Source of the DNA: an uncultured virus (IMG/VR IMGVR_UViG_3300041405_000133)
Taxonomy: Duplodnaviria; Heunggongvirae; Uroviricota; Caudoviricetes
DNA length: 64,000 nt
Strand: one strand, 5' to 3'
Virus record (IMG/VR): IMGVR_UViG_3300041405_000133
Coordinates: 1-64,000 of that record
Position numbers and translations under genes: made by a program. The notes below the pieces were generated by a model. It ran no database searches. It was not told the origin of the DNA and worked only from the letters and a program-made list of their open reading frames with translations. Positions 15,681-24,945 of this stretch are shown here, one piece after another; the first letter of the stretch is position 1, and each line of letters begins with the position of its first letter.

Positions 15681-17909
15681 TTAGATACCCAGGAAGTTCT
15701 TTCTACGCGCTTCGGTCAGGAGCTCATATCCGACGAGACTATCGTCGATGATCAGACTACCCAGCGGTTGGTCAGGGATCGGAAGATACCCAACAACATC
15801 CGTCTGAACAATCTCGCTGATGTCAGTCTGAGGACTTTCAATCAACGTCATTCTTGGAAGCGGCATGTCGATCTGTTGTTTCAGCTCGATGCTACCTACA
15901 AGCTTGATACCAACGTCAGCAGGGACCTTAGCCATTACCCGTAGGTCTCTGGCGGTCATGTTGACTTTCGGATACGGCATCAACTGCTGCATGTACATCT
16001 TGCCGTTTTCATGAAGATTCATGATAGTAGGCAGAGGGTTCTCTACGTCGTAGTAACTGTCGGACCATTCTTTAGGAACGGAAAGCTTTGGGAACTTACC
16101 ATCAACAATCTTAATAGGACTGTCGTTGATCTGACCGATGTATTGAACCGTGTACGAAGACAGCGCTGTCATGACGCGAAGCATCGCAGAGTGGACTTCA
16201 CGCACCCGCGTTGCGTTAGAAAGATTACTACCTGTAGCTGTGTTGAAGATCTGGTCAGCCATCATGGAGAATTCGAGATCCCCCATTCCGGTAATGTCGA
16301 TGCCGACACTATTCAACCAGTTGTCGTAGTTCATCTCACCCGCAAGGTCAATGCGGATGTCCATGTAGCAATGGTCGATGATCGTGTGCAGCTCACCTTC
16401 GGCTTTGTAGTCGCCGTTGTAGTTCCGCATGTCACGATGATGCAACATCAAAGCTTGAATTTCTTTACAGGTGTCGCGGAATGCTTCGATGCTGACGTAC
16501 GTACCGATCTGCACCTGAGTATCCAGAATGTAGTCGATGTAGTATTCAGGCACCTTCTTACGCGTTGTCATGCTCATCAACCTTTCCTTGGTAGGCAAAG
16601 GGATACGACGAACACGACGAGCGTTCACGATCGGAACATGAGAAAGCTTCTGACCGATAGAACGGTTGTAGGCGTAGAGGTAGAAAATAAAGGCATTCTT
16701 AACCGAGAGACGGTAGAGATCACCGTTTGCAGGGTTAGTGAACACGACCACTGAATTAAAGCGTTTGTAATGCGCCAAGTAGATCCAATGGTTGAGCAAC
16801 ACCTCTGTCAGCGTGAATGGCTCAGCATCAGTCCGGTCAACCACGTTCGATTCGAGTACCTTGGTCTTAAGCCTGTTGCCCTTGAACTTGTTCATCTCAG
16901 CGAAGACATCTTCTACGACGTCGTCCTGAATAACGATGTTGTCACGAGCTAGCGGAGTCTCGAGTTCCAGAAGTTCCTGAGGACTCTTAACGCTGCTACC
17001 CATCGCAGGCTCAATGCCGTTAATGGTCTTACGAACGAATACAACCAGTGGCTTCAGATCAATCGTCAGCCTTTCGTAGTCGTGCTCAAGATCGTAGCCT
17101 GCCAACGAGAAGCCGCGGTCAGTCAGATACTTCTGAGTAATCAGATCGAACGTCTCGCCACGACCGAGGTTCAAGTTCAAGTAACGGATGTTCCGGTACG
17201 TAAACAGTTTCTGCTTCAGCGTCATGAGATCGAACTCATCACCTACAGCTTGGTTAAAGCTGCTGATGTATTGACGCAGGTGGTAACTGTGGGCCTGATC
17301 CGTTTTGCAGACAGCCTTACGACTGTTCAATACCACTTGAGTCAGGCGGGTATAAAGGATACCTAAGAACGCTGGATAGTAGAACGGCTCGAACAATGCG
17401 TAGTCCGAGTTATCCCACCGTTTAAAGCAATGGGTGATGTAACGCTGGATATCAGGAATCAACTGTTGCTCTGAGGCTTCCACCAGAGACGCGTCATACT
17501 TGAGGATAGTATGGTCAGCGGCTTGGATAGCTGTCCCTATGTCAATCGGGTTAACGATCCCGTTGATCAGCATTTGTTGATCCGGGTAAGCCGCTACCAA
17601 TTCCTGATAGTAGCTGCTCCCGTAGGTGTATTCCTTTCTCGTTGCAGCGTGGATCTTTAAGTTGGCTTGTGTGAAGTCAATGATCGTGTTGTCATCGAGG
17701 GAGGTTACTTGCATCATCACGTTACTGGAATGATACAAACCCGCGTTGTTCCTGTAGTACTTCCAGGTGTACGGATCATTGAGATCGACAGCTATCCCCG
17801 CTTTAAGTAACCGCCGGTTCATCATGTCGGCAGTGTAGCTACTTTTAATCACGAGTGTCGCGACAAGCTTTATAATGCTTTTGATGTAAAGCCTGTAGTA
17901 GGCATTCAT
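15681..17909 (-). CDS. virion structural protein (phiKZ gp128 family, probable baseplate)
   Basis: 742 aa with DPYTWKYY, SLDD and YRNIRYL motifs. Divergent from the portal gene. Confidence 0.7.
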   Translation of the reverse strand: MNAYYRLYIKSIIKLVATLVIKSSYTADMMNRRLLKAGIAVDLNDPYTWKYYRNNAGLYHSSNVMMQVTSLDDNTIIDFTQANLKIHAATRKEYTYGSSYYQELVAAYPDQQMLINGIVNPIDIGTAIQAADHTILKYDASLVEASEQQLIPDIQRYITHCFKRWDNSDYALFEPFYYPAFLGILYTRLTQVVLNSRKAVCKTDQAHSYHLRQYISSFNQAVGDEFDLMTLKQKLFTYRNIRYLNLNLGRGETFDLITQKYLTDRGFSLAGYDLEHDYERLTIDLKPLVVFVRKTINGIEPAMGSSVKSPQELLELETPLARDNIVIQDDVVEDVFAEMNKFKGNRLKTKVLESNVVDRTDAEPFTLTEVLLNHWIYLAHYKRFNSVVVFTNPANGDLYRLSVKNAFIFYLYAYNRSIGQKLSHVPIVNARRVRRIPLPTKERLMSMTTRKKVPEYYIDYILDTQVQIGTYVSIEAFRDTCKEIQALMLHHRDMRNYNGDYKAEGELHTIIDHCYMDIRIDLAGEMNYDNWLNSVGIDITGMGDLEFSMMADQIFNTATGSNLSNATRVREVHSAMLRVMTALSSYTVQYIGQINDSPIKIVDGKFPKLSVPKEWSDSYYDVENPLPTIMNLHENGKMYMQQLMPYPKVNMTARDLRVMAKVPADVGIKLVGSIELKQQIDMPLPRMTLIESPQTDISEIVQTDVVGYLPIPDQPLGSLIIDDSLVGYELLTEARRKNFLGI

Positions 17910-17941
17910 GACTTACCCCGATCTTAGTAGGAGAGGATTAA

Positions 17942-20800
17942 ATGGCAGCAGATGACGAACGCGCGCAGAAGAAAGTCTCGCAGTTCAGGAATTTAAGTAA
18001 GGCTGATGAACGCGTTCTTGGTCGTCTGGTCACTGACCGTACCGATCCGAACCGCGGTAAACTCAAGGATGTCGATCTCAGTGCCGTGGGGGCCGTAACA
18101 CGCCGCACACTTCGTGACGCCACTGACATTCGTAACATCTTCCAAGTTCAGCCGGACTTGAACATTGCTCGAGAAATCCTGGTCAGCGCTGTGGTATCGC
18201 CAGGCGATCTATCGTCGACCACATTGATCTTCAGTAGCAAGATCGACGGCAAAGAAACGGCGCTCACAGCCCAGATGGTGGATGTCATCGAGAAATTCTT
18301 CATTACTGAGAAGAACCTCGACAAGAAGATCACCGGCTGGATTGATGATGCATTGGTTTGGTCGGGCGCACACCCAATCATGATTATCCCCGAGGCTTCT
18401 ATCGATCGGATGATCAACGGCGCTCAATCGGCCAGTATGGAGTCCGTGGCTAGCTTTGACGGCGAATGGATGAATGGCTGGTATAAGCCAAAAGGCATCC
18501 TCGGTCTGGCTCTACCGACAGCAAAGGGCATCGACTACGTCAGCTTGGAGTCAAGCCAACGGAGGATAAACACCACGGATATGGCGGATTATCATACCAT
18601 CAAGATGATGGGTGATACTAAAGAAACAAAGGGTAAGAAGATCTCTCTCCCTATCCGCGTTACCGACAACTTGGCAGCATTCCGTATGCCGGCCGTGATG
18701 GAAGCCAAACGCACCAAGATGCGCGAATCGGTTTACGGTAACCCTTCGATGGAATCCCGTCGCCGCCGTCGGGCTCAGCGTGAAGCTGATGCTTCTCAGA
18801 ATGCTAATGGTGAAGGCACAGGTGTTGGCAAGAAAGCTGCTCAATCTCCGGGCGCAGTTCACAGCCAGTTCTTCAAACCCCCACAGGGAATGAAGCGTAG
18901 CCGCCTTGAGGTCGTGCCTACTCGTAAGCAGGTTGGTGGCGAAGCCATCGGTCACCCTCTTGAGTATCACCTCGCTATCGAAGCTGTGATGCCTATCTGT
19001 GTTCCGGGTGACCCAACCAACATCGTTGGGTATTTGGTAGCTCAGGATCAGAATGGATTCCCGCTATCATTCTCACGGCGGGTGGATTATTACAGCGACA
19101 TTCGTCGCGGTGCAATGGGTGGTGATCAGGTTGGCTCCAGTAGCCAAGTCTCTGGTGAGTTGCTCAACATGGCAAACGAAACCCTCAACGGGGGTATCTC
19201 GAATGCCAGTGATGCATTGATCGACCGTTTGGTTCAGTTGCACGGTGAGGTGGTTGAACACGACATCATCGCTCGGATCTCTTCTGGTCTGCTCGGTGGT
19301 GAAGTTGAAATCGCTCGTAGCGAGCACATCGACAAGTTGATGTTTGCACGTACCATGAAGAACCAGCAAACCATCCTGCTGTACGTTCCTGCTGAGCTCA
19401 TGATCTACATGTGCTTCGATGTGAACGAGTATGGTGTTGGTAAATCGATCCTTGACGACGCTAAGGCGTTGGCAGCAATGCGTGCAACTCTGCTCGTAGC
19501 CAACATCATCGGCGCTGTGAAGAACGCGATTCCTGGTAAAGACATCAACATCACGTTGGACGCTAAGGACGGTGACCCGGTTGGTACGGTTACATTCCTG
19601 TCGAACGAAGCGATGGCGCTGTCGTATCACCAGTTCCCAACTGGTATCATCAGTGTTCAAGGTTTGGCTGAACAACTTCAGATGTCGGGTTACTCGGTTA
19701 ACGTAACGGGCCACCCTGCTTATCCTGAAGTATCGACCACCATTACCCCGCGTGAAAGCAACTACGTGCCTGTTGACACCGACCTGCTGAACTCGCTGCG
19801 TAGTGACCTGCATCGGGTGTTCTCTCTGACGCCTGAGATGGTCGATGGCGTGAATGAACCTGACTTTGCTACGACGGTGGTGGCTAACCATTTGATGCTC
19901 CTGAAACGCGTCATGGTGCTTCAGAACATCGCTAACCCACAGATCACTGACTACGTACGTGTGTTCACGTATAACTCGGGGATTCTGCTGGAACAGCTGA
20001 TGGACATCATTGATAACAACGAGAAGCTCATCCCTGATGAGTACAAGGAAGATCCTGAGGCTTTCCTCGAGGCTTTCCTGAACTCTCTCGTCGTTAACCT
20101 GCCAGCGCCTAGCACTGACAACCTGACCAAACAGATCGAGTTGTACACCAAGTATTCGGAAGCTCTGGATCTCCTCCTGCCAGCCTACGTTACCGAAGAG
20201 TACTTCCACGGTTACACCAGCGACACGGTCAAAGAAGCAATTCCAACAGTTATCGCATCGCTCAAGGGTATCGAGCTGCGTCGTTGGATGCGTGAGCGTG
20301 GATTCTTCCGTGAGTTGGATATCTTCGTCAACACTGAAGATGGCAGCCCACTGATGAACCTCAACGAAGAAATGAAGCAGCACGTTGCAGCGTTGAACGC
20401 TGGTCTGGGTGATTACATCAAGATCGTGGCTGAAGATGCTTATAAGCATCGTAAGGATCAGGAACGTCTGAAGAAGCTTGACCAGAAAGTGAAAGACGCC
20501 ATGGCGGAACTTGGTCAGGATGAACCAGAGCCAGAACCTGACTTCGATGCAGAAGCTCCAGTGCCGGACATTACCGATCCTGATGCAGAAGAACCAGCAG
20601 CTGAAGATGAGCTGTCTCTGGACGAACCTGCACCGGAAGAGGAAGCTCCGGCTGAAGAAGAGAAGCCTGAAGATGCTGAAGAAACTCCTGAAGAGGAGAA
20701 ACCAGTGGAAGAAGAGGCTCCTGTAGAAGAACCTGTTGAAGATGAACCAACTGATGGTAAGCCTGCGGCCCCTGAAGATGAGTTCAAGCTTGACTTGTAA
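17942..20800 (+). CDS. portal protein (phiKZ gp129 family) with acidic Pro/Glu C-terminal tail
   Basis: 952 aa. QPDLNIAREILVSAVVSP, YVPAELMIY, NEYGVGKSIL; SMES/SLES protease-type motifs; SD GGAGAGG; synteny fits. Confidence 0.75.
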   Translation: MAADDERAQKKVSQFRNLSKADERVLGRLVTDRTDPNRGKLKDVDLSAVGAVTRRTLRDATDIRNIFQVQPDLNIAREILVSAVVSPGDLSSTTLIFSSKIDGKETALTAQMVDVIEKFFITEKNLDKKITGWIDDALVWSGAHPIMIIPEASIDRMINGAQSASMESVASFDGEWMNGWYKPKGILGLALPTAKGIDYVSLESSQRRINTTDMADYHTIKMMGDTKETKGKKISLPIRVTDNLAAFRMPAVMEAKRTKMRESVYGNPSMESRRRRRAQREADASQNANGEGTGVGKKAAQSPGAVHSQFFKPPQGMKRSRLEVVPTRKQVGGEAIGHPLEYHLAIEAVMPICVPGDPTNIVGYLVAQDQNGFPLSFSRRVDYYSDIRRGAMGGDQVGSSSQVSGELLNMANETLNGGISNASDALIDRLVQLHGEVVEHDIIARISSGLLGGEVEIARSEHIDKLMFARTMKNQQTILLYVPAELMIYMCFDVNEYGVGKSILDDAKALAAMRATLLVANIIGAVKNAIPGKDINITLDAKDGDPVGTVTFLSNEAMALSYHQFPTGIISVQGLAEQLQMSGYSVNVTGHPAYPEVSTTITPRESNYVPVDTDLLNSLRSDLHRVFSLTPEMVDGVNEPDFATTVVANHLMLLKRVMVLQNIANPQITDYVRVFTYNSGILLEQLMDIIDNNEKLIPDEYKEDPEAFLEAFLNSLVVNLPAPSTDNLTKQIELYTKYSEALDLLLPAYVTEEYFHGYTSDTVKEAIPTVIASLKGIELRRWMRERGFFRELDIFVNTEDGSPLMNLNEEMKQHVAALNAGLGDYIKIVAEDAYKHRKDQERLKKLDQKVKDAMAELGQDEPEPEPDFDAEAPVPDITDPDAEEPAAEDELSLDEPAPEEEAPAEEEKPEDAEETPEEEKPVEEEAPVEEPVEDEPTDGKPAAPEDEFKLDL

Positions 20801-20806
20801 GTGATT

Positions 20807-20850
20807 GGGGTGGACAGGATCTTAATGGTCCTGTCCACCCCGCTTTATGC
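20807..20850 (+). terminator. terminator-like hairpin after the portal gene (TATG class)
   Basis: GGGGTGGACAGGATC-ttaat-GGTCCTGTCCACCCC followed by GCTTTATGC; no U-tract. Confidence 0.8.
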
Positions 20851-20889
20851 TGCGTGTTAATTATTCACTATCACACTTGCTTTTATGTT

Positions 20890-21035
20890 AAAGAGCTTTC
20901 TTCCTTATTCTAGAGAAGACGTAGTAACCTAGACTAGAAGTCTAGGGGACGAAGTCGACGATGGACTAACGTGAAGGAGTCGTAGACGACTGAACCTCTC
21001 TAGTTCTTTACTAGGGAAGGGGAGGGGGCTTTTTG
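20890..21035. other. non-coding multi-hairpin element, CTAG-rich
   Basis: Nested inverted repeats and six CTAG tetramers in ~105 bp; no ORF (see findings). Confidence 0.5.
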
Positions 21036-21045
21036 CTGTATAGTC

Positions 21046-21069
21046 AAATTTACTTGGGTGATACATTAC
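21046..21069 (+). promoter_or_regulatory. candidate early promoter
   Basis: AAATTTAC...TACATTAC (21062-21069), the same octamer as 5293-5300, ~35 nt upstream of an SD-bearing ORF. Confidence 0.6.
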
Positions 21070-21104
21070 AAATCCGATAAGCAATCCCCCGAGGAAACAA
21101 CATC

Positions 21105-21731
21105 ATGATCAGTGGCACGATGAGATTCGCCGTAGGCTGCGTAGTTGCTGCTGGTGGCCTCTTGGTGACTTACAAAGCAGGTATGGACCTGTACGAGAAG
21201 CATCAGCAGAACAAAGAGATCCGCGCCTACAAAGAGGCGCTCAGAATCCACAACAGCTATTACGAGGAAGAATACAAACTACCATTAGCAGACTACATGG
21301 AACGGCTGGCTGTACCGTTTCGGTACGTCCATCGCTTTCCGTACGTTAAATGCACAAAGCCCGAGAAGTACGAAATCCTGATGTGTCCTTTCGGGGTACT
21401 CATCAATCATGACGTAGCGCTGATGCTAGCGTGCGCTATGGCGCGTAAGCAGTTCCAGTACGACTACCCTAAGGTTCTTGGCGGGGGTCCTCTGGTGTGG
21501 TCTGTAGCGCAGACGCGTTATGTCACGCAAGACAATCTGGAAAGCGGAATGAGAGACCTGTTCCACGCCGAGTATACGGCTGAGCAGTATCTCGAACAAT
21601 GCTTGCACTTCCGCAAGCAGATGAAAGAACACAAGGGAGAACCAATCGTTCTCTTCGTCCAGAAACAATCCAAAATCATTCGCCACTTACTCAATGATGA
21701 TTCATTCGAACCCGGCGAAGACATGCTCTAA
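21105..21731 (+). CDS. hypothetical protein with N-terminal membrane anchor
   Basis: 208 aa, SD GAGGA, N-terminal FAVGCVVAAGGLLVTY. Confidence 0.8.
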   Translation: MISGTMRFAVGCVVAAGGLLVTYKAGMDLYEKHQQNKEIRAYKEALRIHNSYYEEEYKLPLADYMERLAVPFRYVHRFPYVKCTKPEKYEILMCPFGVLINHDVALMLACAMARKQFQYDYPKVLGGGPLVWSVAQTRYVTQDNLESGMRDLFHAEYTAEQYLEQCLHFRKQMKEHKGEPIVLFVQKQSKIIRHLLNDDSFEPGEDML

Positions 21732-21743
21732 AGGAGAGTAGCA

Positions 21744-22118
21744 ATGCCTGAAGTTAAAGCAACACTCAGTCCAGAAGTGGAACGTTTCCACAATAACCTC
21801 GAGTTCACCCTCGAATGCATCACCACTCCTGAAACAGTAAAGAAGATCCTCGACGATCTGGCTGCGAAGGGCTACCATCTGGAACTGTGGCAGAAGATGG
21901 CGCATCCTCCCAGGCTTCCCGGTGACTTTGACTTCAACGAAACCTACGAACCTGAGCGAGGCGCTCCGGATGCAGACGAAGGCATCTACGCTAACCTGGG
22001 TTATTACATCGCACGATACACCGGTCTGAGCGTCCGTGCTGATCAGGTAGCATACCTGATGGGTCAGATGCGTGAAGAGCTTCAGTACGAGTTCTTCTAC
22101 CGTCCAGTAACCGCCTAA
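21744..22118 (+). CDS. hypothetical protein
   Basis: 124 aa, SD AAGGAG, ends at a terminator. Confidence 0.8.
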   Translation: MPEVKATLSPEVERFHNNLEFTLECITTPETVKKILDDLAAKGYHLELWQKMAHPPRLPGDFDFNETYEPERGAPDADEGIYANLGYYIARYTGLSVRADQVAYLMGQMREELQYEFFYRPVTA

Positions 22119-22169
22119 CGGCATACAGAGCGTGGGGCAACCCACGCTCTGCTTACTTCTTTTTTTTTG
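22119..22169. terminator. bidirectional terminator hairpin (near copy of 410-458)
   Basis: CAGAGCGTGGG-gcaa-CCCACGCTCTG, ACTTC-T9 on +, TATGCCG on -. Confidence 0.9.
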
Positions 22170-22174
22170 TCTGA

Positions 22175-22855
22175 TTACGCCGCTTTGACGTACTTCGACT
22201 GTGCGCCTTTGGCCATCTTGTTGTTGACCTTGTGCAGACACTCTTGACGCAGGATGATACCGTCGTTGTTCACGTCCAGACCTTTGTTAGGAACGAACTG
22301 AGCATCGCCGGTTTTCCACATGACGTACGAGTCTGGCTTACCAACAGCTACTGGCCAGATGATCGCCATGTACAGATCGCCGAGATTAGAAATCTTCTTG
22401 GCGTACGGCTTGAAGTGCAGGTAGACGTATTCCAACTGCTCGACCTGAGACATCTTCGCCAAAGCTTCGACGGTAGTGCCCAGACCGATAGCAGTAGCCT
22501 TCATGAACTGGATGAGACCAGTCGCCGAAGATACAGGACTACGGGTACTGGCCTTGAACTCCTCACCGGTTTCCCACGCCATGCAAGACATGAAGTCCTG
22601 AATCATGACAGGCGGGAGGTTGAGACGTTTGATGATCTCAGCCAGCTTGGTGAGTTCGGCTTGAGTGAACTTCGTACCCCAGAGGATCTTGTTCACACCG
22701 AATGGACGCGAGGCATCGACGGTACTTGCCTTCAGTGCGTCAAGCGCACCTTGAGACCTGTTACCCCAGATACCATCAGCGATTCCACATGGGAACCCAG
22801 CGGCATTCAGATAGCCCTGGGTCTCCATGATTACTTCTTTCAGAGTTTGTGCCAC
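22175..22855 (-). CDS. modular endolysin: peptidoglycan-binding domain + lytic transglycosylase/lysozyme-like domain
   Basis: QGYLNAAGF..ADGIWGNRS (PG_binding_1-like), MAWETG (catalytic Glu), SATGLIQFM (GLxQ motif), EF-hand-like DVNNDGIILRQE. GTG start with SD AAGGAG. Confidence 0.85.
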   Translation of the reverse strand: MAQTLKEVIMETQGYLNAAGFPCGIADGIWGNRSQGALDALKASTVDASRPFGVNKILWGTKFTQAELTKLAEIIKRLNLPPVMIQDFMSCMAWETGEEFKASTRSPVSSATGLIQFMKATAIGLGTTVEALAKMSQVEQLEYVYLHFKPYAKKISNLGDLYMAIIWPVAVGKPDSYVMWKTGDAQFVPNKGLDVNNDGIILRQECLHKVNNKMAKGAQSKYVKAA

Positions 22856-22866
22856 GAGGCTTCTCC

Positions 22867-23490
22867 TTAAATGGTTTTGAGATGAGACAATGCAACTTGC
22901 ACTGCGTCAAACTCACCAGTCGGAAGGATGACAAGGTCAACATGCTGTTGGACCGTATCGCGGGTGTAATCGATACCGAGGTTCTGAGACGTGAGGCTCA
23001 GAGGCTGGCCAGCGACTGCGTTGAACGTCATGGTCAATTCCACAGCGTCCAATCCAGCCCACTTGGCCATGGTTTCGACGAACACCTTGCTTTGAGCCAA
23101 GATGTTTGCTTTCTCAACAGTACCGAGCATCTCAGCCCCTGCTTCCGCGTAATGCGTGTAGTAGGAGTTAACTGCCCAGTATTCTGCCATGATCGGCGTC
23201 GCTACAAGTCCACGGGTAAACGTGTCGAACCACTTAGTACCGTTGGGAGCATCCAGAAGCGTCCCAGCTGCGTACTGCGCGGCGGTTTCTGGCTTACTCG
23301 AGTAAGTCATCACCTGATACTCCAACACGCCCACAGAAGCTCTAGGGCCGTTACAGACCCAGCGTGCTGCGTGGATGCGAGCGTATTGAGCCAGCCCAGG
23401 CGCTCGGTACAGAAACAGCCCACGATCCAGCCCGGCGTACGGGTTAGTCGATTGGACATTGGTAGGAAGTTCTGGTACTGGCTGTGTCAT
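22867..23490 (-). CDS. hypothetical protein in the tail operon
   Basis: 207-aa ORF co-oriented and closely spaced with the tail-fibre genes. Confidence 0.75.
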   Translation of the reverse strand: MTQPVPELPTNVQSTNPYAGLDRGLFLYRAPGLAQYARIHAARWVCNGPRASVGVLEYQVMTYSSKPETAAQYAAGTLLDAPNGTKWFDTFTRGLVATPIMAEYWAVNSYYTHYAEAGAEMLGTVEKANILAQSKVFVETMAKWAGLDAVELTMTFNAVAGQPLSLTSQNLGIDYTRDTVQQHVDLVILPTGEFDAVQVALSHLKTI

Positions 23491-23513
23491 CTAATCGTTT
23501 CCTTAAAGGATCA

Positions 23514-24251
23514 TTATAGAGGGTTCCACGACGATGGAAGCTTGACGAGGTTGTCGTAGTCGCCGAGTGTGGCAGGAATTGCAGAACCAATCGGGCTATG
23601 GCTGACGCGGAATGTGTCAATCCGCAGACAGTTAGCAAACGACATCGAAACGATACCAGCAGGACCAGTGGTGATCCTGCCGATGTACATTACCGATACC
23701 GATTCAGGTGGAGAGTCAGCCCGACACTGATAAGTAACGATACCGAACGTCGAACGAACGTAAACGTAAAACGTCTTGTTCGCTGGCGCTGGATCGATAG
23801 CCAGTAGGTTGATTGACGTCGGTTGAAGAACGTAGGGTGTTCCGGACAAGATCGTGTTCATCACACGGTTGCACGATGCCACCCATCCGTTAAACGTCCA
23901 CGACGCATTCACCTGCGGATCAGTCAACTCATCCACCCAACCGTAACTGGAGACAGGGACGATCGAGATCGGAACCTTCTGCCCCAATTTGTTGTTGATG
24001 GTGTTAGCTGTATACGAGCCGATGGTATCCATAGACTCGTTGTGCGGATTGTTTCTTAACGCCTTGTGTGCCGCCAGCGCATCGCGCGCCGGCTTCAACA
24101 GACCTAACCAATCAAACGTACCGATCAGATCAGCGTCATCCGCTTCAAGAGCCAATGCGCGCTTACGAGCGAGCAGACGTTTAATCTGCTCATCGTAGTG
24201 CCTGAAGTACTTACTGACCAGGAGATACCCGGCCGTAATAGGACCTGCCAT
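23514..24251 (-). CDS. tail-fibre-family paralog (short)
   Basis: ATG at 24251 after SD AAGGAGG. NNPH motif; C-terminal NKTFYVY...YIGRITT...RIDTFRVS..GSAIP..W domain. Confidence 0.75.
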   Translation of the reverse strand: MAGPITAGYLLVSKYFRHYDEQIKRLLARKRALALEADDADLIGTFDWLGLLKPARDALAAHKALRNNPHNESMDTIGSYTANTINNKLGQKVPISIVPVSSYGWVDELTDPQVNASWTFNGWVASCNRVMNTILSGTPYVLQPTSINLLAIDPAPANKTFYVYVRSTFGIVTYQCRADSPPESVSVMYIGRITTGPAGIVSMSFANCLRIDTFRVSHSPIGSAIPATLGDYDNLVKLPSSWNPL

Positions 24252-24262
24252 GGTGACCTCCT

Positions 24263-24943
24263 TTAAGTCGTCCAACCACTGTTGATGTTGGAAGGCGCAG
24301 CCTGAGTACCAGTAGATGCAGGGATAGCCAGACCACGAGGAACTTGAGTTACAGCAGCCTGACCTAGTCGAACAATCTGAACCATCGCCGGCGTATAAAC
24401 ACCACCAGCATAGTTCACAGCGCCGAAGATGATCTTGTTCAAGCTCTCAGTCACGTTGGTTGTAACTGCAACCGAAGCTACGCGGTTAGGCGCAAGTCCA
24501 GTGACGTTAACCACCACGTACTGCCTGGCGGCTGTACTCAAGGTGAGGTTAGCAGCCGCTACGTTGACCTTACGACCTTGGAAGATCATGGTAAAGGCAG
24601 GGACGTTCAACATCCCTGCGCCTACCGTTACTGCTACCAAAGGAACCTTACTTACAGGTACTGCATCCTTTGGATAGTAGTTGACCTTCTGAAGATCGAA
24701 CTGAGTCTTCGACATGCCACCCAACAGAGCGAGAGTATCGCCGTGGGCGTTGACCGTGTCTTCGTGAGTCTTGACTTCCCCACGGATGATGGCAACAAGA
24801 TCCGCAAGCGAATACCCATTGATACGATCCGAGTTGTACGCACGAACGGCGAACTGAGCGGCTCGGTCGATGAGGCGTTTTACTTCCTCCTTCCACAACC
24901 CGAACTTGGTCTCTAAGTTCTGCCGGATCTCTTCTTCCGTCAT
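24263..24943 (-). CDS. tail-fibre-family paralog (short)
   Basis: 226 aa. NAHG motif; C-terminal VRLG...GLAIPAS..W. Confidence 0.75.
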   Translation of the reverse strand: MTEEEIRQNLETKFGLWKEEVKRLIDRAAQFAVRAYNSDRINGYSLADLVAIIRGEVKTHEDTVNAHGDTLALLGGMSKTQFDLQKVNYYPKDAVPVSKVPLVAVTVGAGMLNVPAFTMIFQGRKVNVAAANLTLSTAARQYVVVNVTGLAPNRVASVAVTTNVTESLNKIIFGAVNYAGGVYTPAMVQIVRLGQAAVTQVPRGLAIPASTGTQAAPSNINSGWTT

Positions 24944-24945
24944 GT

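Noticed and set aside
10134..21045. tRNA, known riboswitch or hammerhead ribozyme in the structured intergenic regions at 10134-10298 and 20851-21045
   Set aside because: By eye there is no cloverleaf or TTCGA T-loop, no CTGANGA/GAAA core and no recognisable aptamer consensus. An Rfam search is needed to exclude this fully.
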